NCBI RefSeq assembly: GCF_963921235.1
Contig: NC_086097.1
Span: 207,020,001-207,084,000 of the forward strand
DNA from: Mobula hypostoma
Lineage: Eukaryota
DNA length: 64,000 nucleotides
Direction of reading: 5' to 3'
The translations under genes and the position numbers were made by a program. Shown here in pieces: positions 8,978 through 22,228 of this stretch (its first letter is position 1; each line of letters begins with the position of its first letter). The notes under the pieces are model-generated. The model saw only the letters and a program-made list of their open reading frames with translations, did not search any database and was not told where the DNA came from.

Positions 8978-11450
8978 GCAGGCAGATCCAGGAAAGGTGT
9001 AATAAAAACAGAGTTATCATGTTGGGAGATTTTAATTTCCCAAATATCGATTGGCATCTCCCTAGAGCAAGTGGTTTAGATGGAATGGAGTTTGTTAGGT
9101 GTGCTCAGGAAGGTTTCTTGACACAACATGTAGATAAGCCTACAAGAGGAGAGACTGTACTTGACTTGGTACGGGGAAATGAACCTGGTCAGGTGTCAGA
9201 TGTCTCAGTGGGAGAGCATTTTGGAGATAGTGATCACAATTCTATCTCCTTTACAATAGCATTGGAGAGAGGTAGGAACAGGCAAGATAGAAAAGCGTTC
9301 AATTGGAGTAAGGGGAATTATGAGGCTATCAGGCAGGAAATAGGAAGCTTAAATTGGGAACAGATGTTCTCAGGGAAAGGTACAGAAGAAATGTGACAAA
9401 TGTTCAGAGCATATTTGTGAGGAGTTCTGCATAGGTATGTTCCAATGAGACAGGGAAGTTCTGGTAGGGTACAGGAACTGTGGTGTACAAAGGCTGTTGT
9501 AAATCTAGTCAAGAAGAAAAGAAGTGCTTACAAAAGGTTCAGAGAGCTAGGTAATGTTAGAGATCTAGAAGGCTAACAGGAAGGAGCTTAAGAAGGAAAT
9601 TAGGAGAGCCAGAAGGGGCTATGAGAAAACCTTGGTGGGCAGGATTAAGGAAAACCCCAAGACATTCTACATGTATGTGAAGAGCTAGAGGATAAGATGT
9701 GAAAGAATAGGACCTAACAGGTGTGTCAGTGGGAGAGTGTGTATGGAACCGAAGGAAATAGCGGAGGTACTTCATGAACACTTTACCTCAGTATTCATTA
9801 TGGAAAAGAATCTTGGTGATTGTAGCGATAACTTGCAGCAGACTGAAAAGCTTGAGCATGTAGATATTAAGGAAGAGTATGTGTTGGAGCTTTTGGAAAG
9901 CATCAAGCTGAATAAGTTGCCGGGATCAGATGAGATGTACCCCACGCTACTGTTGGAGGCGAGGGAGGAGATTGCTGAGCCTCTGGCAATGATCTTTGCA
10001 TCATCAATGGGGATGGGAGAGGTTCCAGAGAATTGGAGGGCTGAGGATGTTGTTTCCTAGAAAGAGAATAGAGATAGCCTAGCAAATTATAGACCAGTGA
10101 GTCTTACTTCAGTGGTTGGTAAGTTGATGGAGAAGATCCTGAGATGCAGGATTTATTAACATTTGGAGAGGTATAATATGATTAGGAATAGTCAGCATGG
10201 TTTTGTCAAAGGCAGGTCATGCCTTACGAGCCTGATTGAATTTTTTGAGGATGTCACTAAGGAAGAGCAGTAGATGTTGTATATGGATTTTAGCAAGGCA
10301 TTTGATAAGGTACCCCATGCAAAGCTTATTGGGAAAGTAAGGAGACATGGGATCCAAGGGACATTGCTTTGTGGATCCAGAACTGGCTTGCCCACAGAAG
10401 GCAAAGAGTGGTTGTGGACAGGTCATATTCTGCATGGAGGTTGGTGACCGGTGGTGTGCCTCAGGAATCTGTTCTGGGACCCTTATCTTCATGATTTTTA
10501 TAACTGACCTGGATGAGGAAGTGGAGGCATGGGTTAATAAGTTTACTGATGACACAAAGGTTGGGAATGTTGTAGATAGTGTGGAGGGCTGTCAGAGTTT
10601 ATAGTGGGATATTGATAGGATGCAAAATAGGGCTGAGAAGTGGCAGATGGAGTTCAAACTAGATAAGTGTGAAGTGGTTCATTTTGGTAGGTCAAATATG
10701 ATGGTAGAATATAGTATTAATGGTAAGACTCTTGACAGTGTGGAGGATCAGAGGGATCTTGTGGTCCAAGTCCATAGGATGCTCAAAGCAGCTGTGCAGG
10801 TTGACTCTGTGGTTAAGAAGGCATATGGTGTATTGGCCTTCATCAATCGTGGAATTGAATTTAGGAGCCAAGAGGCAGTGTTGCAGCTATATAGGACCCT
10901 GGTCAGACCCCACTTGGAGTACTGTGTTCAGTTTTGGTCGCCTCACTAAAGGAAGGATGTGGAAACCATAGAAAGGGTGCAGAGGAGATTTACAAGGATG
11001 TTGCCTGGATTTGGGAGTATGCCTTATGAAAACAGGTTGACTGAACTCGGCGTTTTCTCCTTGGAGCATTGGAGGATGAGAGGTGACCTGATAGAGGTGT
11101 ATAAGATGATGAGAGGCATTGATTATGTGGATAGTCAGAGGCTTTTTCCCAGGGCTGAAATGGCTGCCACAAGAGGGCACAGGTTTAAGGTGCTTGGGAG
11201 TAGGTACAGAGGAGATGTCAGGGGTAAATTTTTTACTCAGAGAGTGGTGAGTGCGTGAAATGAGCTGCTGGCAACGGTAGTGGAGGTGGATAAGATAGGG
11301 TCTTTTAAGAGACTTTTGGATAGGTACATGGAGCTTAGAAAAATAGAGGGCTATGGGTAACCCTAGTAATTTCTAAGGTGGGGACATGTTCGGCACAACT
11401 TTGTGGGCCAAAGTGCCTGTACTGTGCTGTAGGTTTTCTATGTTTCTATG
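8978..11450 (+). mobile_element. CR1 LINE ORF2 pseudogene (APE C-terminal half, RT, 3' UTR)
   Basis: GDFNFP, LDLV, SDH (APE); [33 protein letters not shown] (RT); (TTTCTATG)n tail; several stops. Confidence 0.97.
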
Positions 11451-12194
11451 AGATGTTGAAAATTTTAAGAAGGCCAGAAAATAGTCAGAGATTCTGGACC
11501 TTGGGAGAATTTTTAATTCTCTGAAAGCGGTGAAAAGCAGAACCTCAAAGCAAGGGAATCATCTTTAAATTACTTCCAGAATCATGCATTTGTGAATAAA
11601 TGAATCGTGGAATTAAACATGTTTATTCGTGGTTAATGAAATAGTGCATGAGGAAATGCTTCACATTCCTCAGTTGTTGGAAAGAACGCTGGAGAATGCT
11701 TGTAGAAGAAAGCTAGTTTGCTCCTTAACAGAGGCGAGACCAAGAAACTGTACTGAGGTGGATAGATTAAATTGTCTTGGAGAGTGGTTATCAACATGAA
11801 ACTCATCACAGATGAGAAATAAGGTGCTCAGAAAACTGAGAGAGGCAAATAATGAAATCATAAGTGCTGTTTGTAAAAAGAGAATCAAGCTCAATGAATG
11901 GGAAGTGTCAGGACATGATATTCCTATCTACAAGATACTGAGTAACGTTACAGGCGTGGTTAAAATGTTGGGGTAACATTGATCAGATCAATCAGGGAGA
12001 ATGGTTATGCAGGCAAAGGGTCAAAGATAAATTTAATTTGTTTAGAACAAAGAGACAATAGAGAAACTGTGAAATCTTGCTCATTGAATAGCAGGAGAGA
12101 AATGAAGGAGCAAAGTGATGCGGCTTTTGTGAAATAGAAGAGATCTAAAAAGAATTAAAGAATTAAAGACAAAGTATGAGACAATGATTGAAGA

Positions 12195-12600
12195 GCAAAG
12201 TGTAACAGATGCTAGGAATCTGAAATAGAACTGAAAACGCTGGAAACATTCAGATGATGAAGCACCGATGTTGTAAGTCCAGAGCAACACACACAGAATG
12301 CGGAGGAATTCAGCAGATCAGACAGCATCATGGAGAGGAATAGACGGCAGAAGTTTCAGGCCAATATCCTTCATCATGCCTAGAAAGGAAGGGGGGAGAA
12401 GCTAGAATAAAGGGCCGGGAAGGAATACAAGTTGCCAGGTGATTGGTGAAACCAGTGAGGGGAATGAAGTAAGAAACAGGGACAGATAGTGGAAGAGGTA
12501 AAGGAGGAAGGGGAAGGAATCAGATAGGAAATACCAGTGGACCATGGGAGAAAAAGAACAGGAGGAGCACCAGTGGGAGATGATAGGCAAGTGAGGACAA
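12195..12600 (-). mobile_element. Old Penelope-like terminal-repeat remnants
   Basis: CAGATGCTAGGAATCTG and ACACAGAATGCGGAGGAATTCAGCAGATCAGACAGCATC, a degenerate GTTTCAGGCC..CCTTCATCA, then a purine-rich tract as in younger copies. Confidence 0.65.
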
Positions 12601-13044
12601 GAAAACTTCCATCATTAACAATGGGATCCTACCAATGAGCACAACTTTCCCTCTACCACGCACTCTCCACTTTCCATATGGACCTCCAAAATCTACAAGC
12701 TAGTCAAGCAGGTGGTAAATAATAAACAAGAATAATTTCACATGGAACCTTGGAAAATATGGAGTTATAAATGTTAATTAATGAATAATTATTTTTGAGT
12801 AACTTGATGTTTTTGATGAAATAATGCAATTGTTGATTGCCACCAAAATTAAAGATAAAAGAAACAGTGGCAGTATTCATATTGTAAGTTTTCTAAAGTG
12901 CAGAAATAGAAACTGATCATGAATTGTTTTTTATCAGATAGTAGATTGGAATGTATAGAGTGGTAATCCACAAAATTTGTCATTAGGACTTTCTCAATAA
13001 ATGTTAATGACTAATTTTTAAATGTGAATGACATAATTTTGTTG

Positions 13045-13585
13045 GCATTTGGTCGTTGGATGTATTTAAAGCAGAGTTTGATAGGTTCTTGATTGGACAC
13101 AACATCAAAGGTTACACCAAAAAGGCCATGGAGTGGGGATGGGGGGGGGGGAGAAGGTATCAGCCATGGCAAAGTTATTTCCCATCGTAGGGGAGCCTAG
13201 GACAGGAGGGCACAACTTCAGGACTGAAGGATGTCCATTTAGAACAGAAATGTGGAGAAATTACTTTAGTCAGTGGGTGGTAAATCTGTGGAATTTTTTG
13301 CCACGAGCGGCTGTGGAAGCCAAGTCACTGGGTATATTTAAGGCAGAGATAGATAGGTTCTTGATTAGCCAGGGCATCAAAGGGTATGGTGAGAAGGCAG
13401 AGGAGTGGGGATGACTGGAAGAATTGGATCAGCCCATGATTGAATGGTGGAGCAGATTTGATGGGTCAAATGGTCTACTTCTGCTCCTATATCTTATGGC
13501 TTCATGGTCCTATGATCAAATGGCAGAACAGACTCGATGGGTCAACTGGCCTAATTCTACTCTTATATCTTATGGTCTTATGGTC
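13045..13585 (+). mobile_element. Nested CR1 3' ends
   Basis: FPIVGEPRTGGHNFR...FSQWVVNLWN ORF2 end and (CTTATGGT)n tails at ~13500 and ~13580. Confidence 0.9.
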
Positions 13586-14283
13586 TAATTTCAAATACTT
13601 TGGACAATCCAAAACCTCATAGTATATTAAATAACGAAGATGAGGGTCTTGCTGGTAAATTGGAAAATACACACGAATATAGCAGAGGATGTTCAATGCA
13701 GAAAAGCATGGCATGATTCTCTTCAATAAAAAGAACGTGGAGAGAATGAATACAAAATTGTGTAATTCTAAATAGAGTGCAGGGCTATCTTGGAGACAAA
13801 AGGGACCACACATATAAGCATGTAGGACAAGAGGACTGCTATTTCAGTTATTATTAGAGGATTACAGAAACTACTGTAAACATCACAAATTGTATGCTGT
13901 GTTCAGTTCTTCAGGATTCTGTAAGGAGACTCTTTCACTGCAGCTGAAGGCTCCCACCTCCTTCAAAACGGTGACAATCGTATCGGTGCACAAGAAGAGC
14001 AGGGTGAGCTGCCTCAAAAACTGTTGCCTAGTGGCACTCACAACTACAATGTTGAAGTGCTTTGAGAAGTTGGTCATAACTAGAATCAGCTCCTGCCTAA
14101 GCAAGGACTCAGGCCTGTCACAGTTTGCTTCTCACTACAATTGGTCAACAGCAAATGATATCTCATTGGCCCTCCACTCAGCCTTCGATCACCTGGACAA
14201 TAGCAAAACCTATGTCAGGCTGTTGTTTATTGATTATAGCTCAGCGTTCAACCCTCAGTTTTAATCAACAAGCTCCAAAACCT

Positions 14284-15799
14284 CTTATCAACATGTCAAA
14301 CAAGCTCTGCATGATCTGAGCAATGTGATCAATACGCACAAAACAGCACATCCTGACACTGTCCATAAGACTATAAGATATAGGAGCAGAATTAGGCCAT
14401 TTGGTCCATCATCGAGTCTGCTCCACCATTTCATTGTGGCTGATCCAATATTCCTCTCAGCCACAAGCTCTTGTCCTCGCCCTATATCCCTTCATGCCCC
14501 AATCAATCAAGAAGCTATCAACCTCTACCTTAAGTATACATAAAGACTTGGCCTCCACAACTGCCTGTGGCAAAGAATTCCACAGATTCACCATTCTCTG
14601 GCTAAAGGAATTCTTCCTTGTCTCCATTCTAAAAGGATGCACATTTATTCTGAAGCTGTGTCCTCTGGTCTTACACTCTCCCACCATAGGAACCTCCTTG
14701 GGCCTCTGCAACTCTCTCTGAAATTGGATCCTAAGCTTTCTAAACAGAAGACCACATTCTGTCCGGATTGGTGATAATATCTGCTCCTCGCTGATGGTCA
14801 GTACTGGCACATCTCAGGGATGAATGCTTAGCCCACAGCTCTACTACCTCCACACCCATGACTGCCTGGTTAGGTATACCTCAAATGCCATCTATAAATT
14901 TGCTAATGATACAACTATTGTTAGTAGAATCTCAGATGTAGACGAGAGGGCATACGTGTGTGAGATACACCAGCTCTTTGAGTGGTGTTGCAGCAACATC
15001 TTTTTACTCAACGGCAGCAAGGCAAGGGAGCTGATTGTAGACTTCAGGAAGGGTAAGACGAGGGAACATGAACCAATCCTCACTGACGGATCAGAAGTGG
15101 AGAGTGTTAGCCATTTCAATTCCTGGGTGTTAATATCTCTCAGGATCTAACCTAGTCCCAACATATCAATGCAACTATTAAGAAGGCAAAATAGAAGCCT
15201 TATTTCATTTGGAGTTTGAAGAGATGGGTTTGTCAGCTAAAACACTCAAAAACTTCTGTAGCTATACCATGGACAGCATACTAACAGGCTACATCATGGT
15301 ATGGTGGGGGGAGCTACTGCACAGGACCGAAAGAATCTATAGAAAGTTGTAAGATTAGTCAGGTCCATCTTGGGTACTCAGCTCCGTAGTATCCAAGACA
15401 TCTTCAAGGAGCGGTGCCTCAGAAAGTCGCCGTCCATTATTAAGGAGCCACCCACCCCCATCACCCAGGACATGCCCTCTTTTCATTGTTACCGTCAAGA
15501 AGGAGGTCCAGAAGCCTGAATCCATACATTTAGTGATTCAGGAACAGCTTCTTCCCCTCTGCCATCCAGTTCTTAAATGGACATTGAACCCATGAACACC
15601 ACCTCATTTTTTTTATATATATATATAATTTCTGTTTTTTTCCCTACTTTGATCTAAATATTTAATATACATATATACTTAAAGTAATTGATTTACTTTT
15701 TTTTCTTTCTATATTATCATGTATTGTATTGTTCTGTTGCTGCTAAGTAAACAAGTTTCATGACACATGCCAGTGATAATAAACCTGATTCTGATTCTG
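14284..15799 (+). mobile_element. Rex1/Babar-type LINE copy B nested in copy A; contains a minus-strand CR1 3' end (14363-14690)
   Basis: LSPQLY.LHTHDC, YKFANDTT, ELIVDFRK; tail AATAAACCTGATTCTGATTCTG; AAACCT at 14278-14283 and 15800-15805. Confidence 0.75.
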
Positions 15800-16043
15800 A
15801 AACCTGGGTCTCTGTACCTCCCTCTGCAAGTGGATTATTGACTTCCTCACCAGGAGACCCCAGTCTGTGCAGATCGAAAATAACATCTCCTCCTCACTGA
15901 CAAACAACACTGGTGCATCTCAAGGATGTGTGCCTAGTCGACTGCTCTAATATATCTATACTTATGATTGTGTGGCCAGGTACGGCTCAAGTGCTTTCAA
16001 TAAATTTGTTGATTGCACAACTATTGTTGGCAGAATATCAGAT

Positions 16044-17031
16044 TGTCATGGCCGGTCTGTGAAGTCCGCATTCTGGTTCATGGTCCGGTCCATCGATCCT
16101 TATTCCAGGTTTTCCGGTTTTCCCTTGTCCTGTGTGTGCCTTAATTGAGGCACTTGATTCTCATCTTGGGGTGGCTACATAAACTGCTCCTGGGTTCAGC
16201 TTCAGCTGCTAGACTATTCCCTTCCCTTCACCTTCCTCCTGCAGCCGCTGCCTGAAGACTTGTCTGCAACCTCGCCTGCGTCCTCGCCTGTATCACTGTC
16301 AAGTTCTACCGCTGGAGCAAGACCCGAAGCCTTGCTGTGTCTAGATAAGGAACTGTCTATCGTTGTTTGGAACTGTCTCTGTGTCCACACCTTCGCTAGG
16401 TAGGTCCGGCTGTTTGCTGCTACCTTGTGTTGGGAACCGTCTCTCTGTGTTCTGTGTATGAGTCCTGGCCCTACGTCCTGTTCCCAAGGAGGGGTCCCAG
16501 CTCTGTGTTCTGCACTCCTGTCTTCCAAGACCAAGTCAAGGCTTCGGGGTCTCATCCTGTCCTTGTGCCTCGCCCAGCCTTGGAGTACCTCGTCTAGTCC
16601 AAGCCACGTCCAAGTACCTTGTCTAGTCCAAGCCACGGTTTTGTGTTCTTGTCCTGTGCAGGAGTTTCACGTTGAGTCCTGTGGCCACATCCAGTCCTGT
16701 AGCCTAGCCACGTCCAATCCTGTAGCCATGTCTTGTCCTTGCCTAGATCTGGGGTCCGAGCCTGAATCAAGACCCAGGTTCTGGGTCCCTGTCCAGTCTC
16801 TGGCTCAGAGTCCTTGTCCAGGTTCCAAGTTCCTTGTTCCTTGTCCAGGTCCCGCTTTCCTAGTCCAGTCCTAGCCCAGGTCCTGTATCCTAGTCACGTC
16901 CAGGGCCTGTGTCAATGTCCGGCGTCCTTTATTCCCCACTTCCCTTGCTTGCTTAACTCTAGTCCTGTTCCTAGTACTTCAGTGTCTGTGTCTTGCATTT
17001 GGGGTCCACCACCAATGCCCACTCTATGAGA
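16044..17031 (+). mobile_element. Solo LTR (Gypsy-like)
   Basis: Starts TGTCA and ends ATGAGA (decayed GTGACA). 5-bp TSD CAGAT at 16039-16043 and 17032-17036. It splits the Rex RT cleanly and is related to 20223-21373. Confidence 0.85.
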
Positions 17032-17702
17032 CAGATGGTGATGAGGAGGCATATATGAGTGAGATAGATCAGCTGGTTAAATGGCGCCACAGCAATAACC
17101 TTGCACTCAACGTCAGTAAGACCAAGGAATTGATTGTTGACTTCAGGAAGGGGAAGTAGAGGGTAAACTCACCAGTCCTCATCAAAGGAAGAGAAGTGGA
17201 AAGAGTGAGCAGTTTTTCAAGTTCCTGGGTGTCAACATCTCTGAGAATCTTTCCTGAGTCTAAAATATTGATGCAGTTACAGAGAAGGCATGATAATGGC
17301 TATATTTCATTAGGAGCTTGAGGAGAATTGGTGTGTCACCAAAGATACTTGCATATTTCTACAGATGTACCATGCAGAGCATTCTAACTGGTTGCATCAC
17401 CATCTGATATGGAAGGGCCACTGCACCAGATCGGAAAAAGCTGCAGGAAGTAGTAAACTCTGCCAGCTCCATCATTGACACTAGCGTCCCCAGCATCCAG
17501 GATACCTTAAACAGGCAGCATCCATCACTAAGAACCCCCATCAGCCAGGACATGCCTTCTTCTCATTGCTCCAATCAAGGAGGAGCTACAGGAGTGGCAA
17601 TATATACACTCGGTGTTTCAGGAACAGCTTCTCCCCTCCACCCTCAGATTTCTGAATGGATAATGAACCCCTGAATAAGACATCAGTTTTTTTCTTTTGC
17701 AC

Positions 17703-19366
17703 TACTTCCCTTCGGTATTCACCAGTGAGAGGGAACTTTATGACGGTGAGGACAATATGAGTGAGGTTGATGTTCTGGAGCATGTTGATATTAAAGGAGA
17801 GGAGGTGTTGGAGTTGTTAAAATACCTTAGGACAGATAAGTCCCCGGGGCCTGATGGAATATTCCTCAGGCTGCTCCACGAGGCAAGGGAAGAGATTGCT
17901 GAGCCTCTGGCTAGGATCTTTATGTCCTCGTTGTCCATGAGAATGGTACCAGAGGATTAGAGGGAGGTGAATGTTGTCCCCTTGTTCAAAAAAGGTAGTA
18001 CAGATAGTCCGGGTAATTATAGACCAGTGAGCCTTACGTCTGTGGTGGGAAAGCTGCTGGAAAAGATTCGTAGAGATAGGATCTATGGGTATTTAGAGAA
18101 TCATGGTTTGATTAGGGACAGTCAGCATGGCTTTGTGAAGGGCAGATGTGTCTAACAAGCCTGATAGAGTTCTTTGAGGAAATGATCAGGCATATAGATG
18201 AGCGTAGTGCAGTGGATGTGATCTATATGGATTTTAGTAAGGCATTTGACAAGGTTCCACACGGTAGGCCTATTCAGAAAGTCAGAAGGCATGGGATCCA
18301 GGGAAGTTTGGCCAGGTGGATTCAGAATTGGCTTGCCTGCAGAAGGCAGAGGGTTGTGGTGGATGGAGTACATTCAGATTGGAGGATTGTGACTAGTGGT
18401 GTCCCACAAGGATCTGTTCTGGGACCTCTACTTTTTGTGATTTTTATTAACGACCTGGATGTGGGGGTAGAAGGGTGGGTTGGCAAGATGACACAAAGGT
18501 TGGTGGTGTTGTAGATAGTGTAGAGGATTGTCAAAGATTGCAGAGAGACATTGATAGGATGCAGAAGTGGGCTGAGAAGTGGCAGATGGAGTTCAACCCG
18601 GAGAAGTGTGAGGTGGTACATTTTGGAAGGTTAAACTCCAAGGCAGAGTACAAAGTAAATGGCATACTTGGTAGTGTGGAGGAGCAGAGGGATCTCAGGG
18701 TACATGTCCACAGATCCCTGAAAGTTGCCTCACAGATGGATAGGGTAGTTAAGAAAGCTTATGGGGTGTTAGATTTCATAAGCCGAGGGATAGAGTTTAA
18801 GAGTCGCGATGTAATGATGCAGCTCTATAAAACTCTGGTTAGGCCACACTTGGAGTACTGTGTCCAGTTCTGGTCACCTCACTATAGGAAGGATGTGGAA
18901 GCATTGGAAAGGGTACAGAGGAGATTTACCAGGATGCTGCCTGGTTTAGAAAGTATGCATTGTGATCAGAGATTAAGGGAGCTAGGACTTTACTCTTTGG
19001 AGAGAAGGAGGATGAGAGGAGACATGATAGAGGTGTACAAGATAATAAGAGGAATAGATAGAGTGGATAGCCAGCACCTCTTCCCCAGGGCACCACTGCT
19101 CAATACAAGAGGACATGGCTTTAAGGTAAGGGGTGGGAAGTTCAAAGGGGATATTAGAGGAAAGTCTTTTACTCAGAGTAGTTGGAGCGTGGAATACACT
19201 GCCTGAGTCAGTGGTGGAGGCAGATACACCAGTGAAGTTTAAGAGACTACTAGACGAGTATATGGAGGAATTTAAGGTAGGGGCTTATATGGGAGGCAGG
19301 GTTTGAGGGTCAGCACAACATTGTGGGCCAAAGGGCCTGTACTGTGCTGTACTATTCTATGTTCTA
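17703..19366 (+). mobile_element. 5'-truncated CR1 LINE (RT and 3' UTR)
   Basis: [37 protein letters not shown]; 243-aa C-terminal ORF; TTCTATG tail. Confidence 0.97.
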
Positions 19367-20222
19367 TTTAATTTAATTTTCTCTTTTTAATATATTTCTT
19401 ATTGTAATTTATAGTTTTTATTACTAGGTGTTGTGTTGTACTGCTGTCTCAAAACTCATGATTCTGAGAATATCAACACCTCTGGGAGGTAAATAGTAAC
19501 AAATACTAGAATGGTGTCAGGGGTTGAGCCACTTAAATGATGCAGGGAGGGTGGAGAAGATGGCTTATTCTTCCTTGAGCTGAGAAGCTTAAGATGGAAT
19601 ATGATTGAATTACTCAAATTCATAACAGGATAAAATGTATAAGGAGAAGCTATTGTTGGCGATTGAGGAGACCACTCCCAGAAGTCAGGAAAAAATGTTT
19701 GGAAAAATAACTTAAAACTACATAAGGGAGTTTGTTTTTTTTTAACACAGAATGTCATATAATTTGGAATCAACTGTAGTAAAGGACAGGGAACCCACAT
19801 CACAAGCAAAGCTTGGCCAAGGAGGGATACCTTCACCTGGGAGCAAAGATTTAGAGCCAAGGTATCTAAACATTTACCTAATACAGTTTAACAGTGAAAG
19901 TAACAATATTTAAACTCAGCATTGAGTTATTATGTTTATTATTTGCTTTCCCAAAAGACTCTTGCATGGCTGCAGTCGACAGTTTCAACTGGCACCACCA
20001 ACATTCAACAATGTAAACTTTGTAAATCATGGATATTTACACATTGATTGTCAGAAGCACAAGCTTAGGACTTACTGATTGTACCATTTTTGTCACTGTG
20101 CTCTGACATGGAGTCCATCCTAGTCTTGTTGGGATTCCTTAGCTTTGCACTCAGATCACATACCAGGTCAGACTAAGTGCAGGATATGAAACTTCAATTA
20201 TTTCATTTCCTGCAGAAAATAG

Positions 20223-21373
20223 TGTCACAATGGGGGGGGGGGTATAGGGAGCAAGGGTGGACCTAAATACAAGACACATCTTGTGAGGTTACTTAGATTT
20301 AGTTTATTGTTGGATACCAGGAGAGCAAGGCAGGAGCAGGAGTAGCGAACTGGACAAGGACTCAGGACTACGACTAGGCTGGGACCAAAGGTCTGGGCGT
20401 GGACTTGGAATCGGCTCCCAGAACTACAGGAGACATGAAGAGGCTACGGTATGGACTCCAAGCCAGGGACTGGGCAAGGACCCAGTATCTGGGTCTTGCC
20501 TCGGGCTTGGACCCCAGAACCCGGCATGGACATGACATGGGCTAGGGAGGGGAGAGCAGGTACATGGAACCATGGACACATACACAGAACAGAGTTGGGA
20601 CCCCTCCTTGGATACAGGACATAGGGCCGGGTCTCATGACCCCACGCGGGGCAACGGCAAGATGGCCAGACTTACCCCACGGAGGCGAGGACAAGACAAG
20701 ACCAACATGAAAGAACACAAGACAGTACCTATCTAGCTCTGGCGATATAACTAGACCAAGGTGCAGGCAAGGGCTGCAGATGAGGGCTGGAGGTGAGAGG
20801 GACAGTGAAGGGATTCAGACAAGGGGGTAGGACAGGAATCACAGACTGCCAGGGCCAGGACGACTCGAAACTTGGATGCTGCCAGGGCCAGGACTTGACT
20901 TGGTACTTGGATACCACTGGAGCCAGGACTTGACTTGGAGCCTCCGGGTAGTGGCGAGCTCTTGACTCGGCCCGGAAACAGTAGACAGCGGTTCTTGATT
21001 CCCTCCAACGGGTTAACTGACGGACTCACCTCGGTGAGGAAACTTTGCAGGCTCACTTTGGCGAGATAACTTGGCAGGGTTGCTCCGGTGAGGAAAGGCG
21101 AATTACCAGCACTCGCTTCAGGCGGAGACTAGGCTTGCTCCGGCCAGATGACATTGGCACGCCGTACCTTTAGTGACTTGGCAAACCCTCTCGTGCTGAA
21201 CAGCTGAAAGCCGGAGACTATAAACTATCGGTTCAGCTGAGAGTAAATTGCCTCTAATCACCAAGGCCAAGGGAGACGGGAAAACAGGGAACCAAAGGGA
21301 AACAGGGGGTCAACGGTCCGGATTGTAACATAAACAAAGTAAATTTAAAGAGACCCCGATCCAGACCGTGACA
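20223..21373 (-). mobile_element. Solo LTR (Gypsy-like)
   Basis: TGTCAC...GTGACA termini and an exact 5-bp TSD AATAG at 20218-20222 and 21374-21378. Orientation is inferred from similarity to 16044-17031. Confidence 0.92.
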
Positions 21374-21586
21374 AATAGTTTGCTTTAATTTAATGTTTTA
21401 ATTACTTCTCGGTATTTTATGTTTTAATTAGTTAAATATATACATATACATACACACTTCAATTATTTATTTCAATGTATATGGTTGTGAATGTCTTTGA
21501 ATGCTAGAAACACTTAAAACACTTTCAATGCTGCATGATTCTAACTTGGGACAAACCTCCAATCCCCTACTCTGCTTTCTGTCAAG

Positions 21587-21683
21587 GTGTTCCATGGGTG
21601 AGATCTTTGCCCTCTTCCACCACATTGCTTAACTTCAAAAAGTTGGAGATTGACTCTTTGTTTATGGCCGAGTATGTACTGAG
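21587..21683 (+). CDS. Candidate host coding exon, unidentified (alternative donor after 21705)
   Basis: Non-repetitive context, CTAAC at 21541, pyrimidine tract ending TCAAG, and open frame xVPWVRSLPSSTTLLNFKKLEIDSLFMAEYVLR. The donor GAG/GTGCAA is weak. No protein recognised. Confidence 0.3.
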
Positions 21684-21822
21684 GTGCAAGAGCTGCGTCA
21701 GAAAAGTGAGACTCAAAAGTGAAACTTTGCAATTTTTCCTCTTTGAATTAACAAATATATAAATCGAAGACATCTTACTTCTGTGGTCTGACTAATAATG
21801 TGGTCTCCAAACATTTGGCACT

Positions 21823-21895
21823 TCCCCATTAGTATAAGTGGTTAGCATACCTGCCAATCACATGGGACATTGGGGTTCAATTCCCTGATGGGAGA
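21823..21895 (+). pseudogene. tRNA-Asp pseudogene
   Basis: Colinear with vertebrate tRNA-Asp(GTC) (TCCTCGTTAGTATAGTGG...GGGGTTCGATTCCCCGACGGGGAG). All CpGs are decayed, the anticodon now reads ATC, and there is a 1-nt D-arm insertion. Confidence 0.9.
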
Positions 21896-22228
21896 TGATA
21901 ATTTTCAGACATATCATGCAGGCCATGTCTCCTGGTCTTAACAACAGTGTCAAATCTATTCAATTGAGATAAAGTAACTTTTGAGATTTAATTGCAGGCT
22001 TTTCTGTTCAGGAGACAGATGATCTCAGTCACTATTTTATTTTGCCAAATCTGTAATAATTTCTAAATGGTTCAAGCTGTTGTGTTTCATTTACTTGTGT
22101 GCATTGGGCAAAGAACTTGGTAATCAGCAAAAACAAAAAATCAGCATGAAATTTGATTAGTATAGGCAGGAAACTTTGGAAGAAATATGACTTATGTCTC
22201 AGAGAAACATTTTGAATAGAGGCCTTGA

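Larger units (their letters stand above)
13885..19468 (+). mobile_element. Rex1/Babar-type LINE copy A (13885-14283, 15801-16043, 17037-~17702, ~19367-19468) split by nested insertions
   Basis: [37 protein letters not shown] and KTKELIVDFRK motifs continue across the interruptions. Confidence 0.8.

Noticed and set aside
16214..16874. 140-149 aa ORFs in the solo LTR
   Set aside because: Low-complexity internal LTR repeats leave frames open on both strands.
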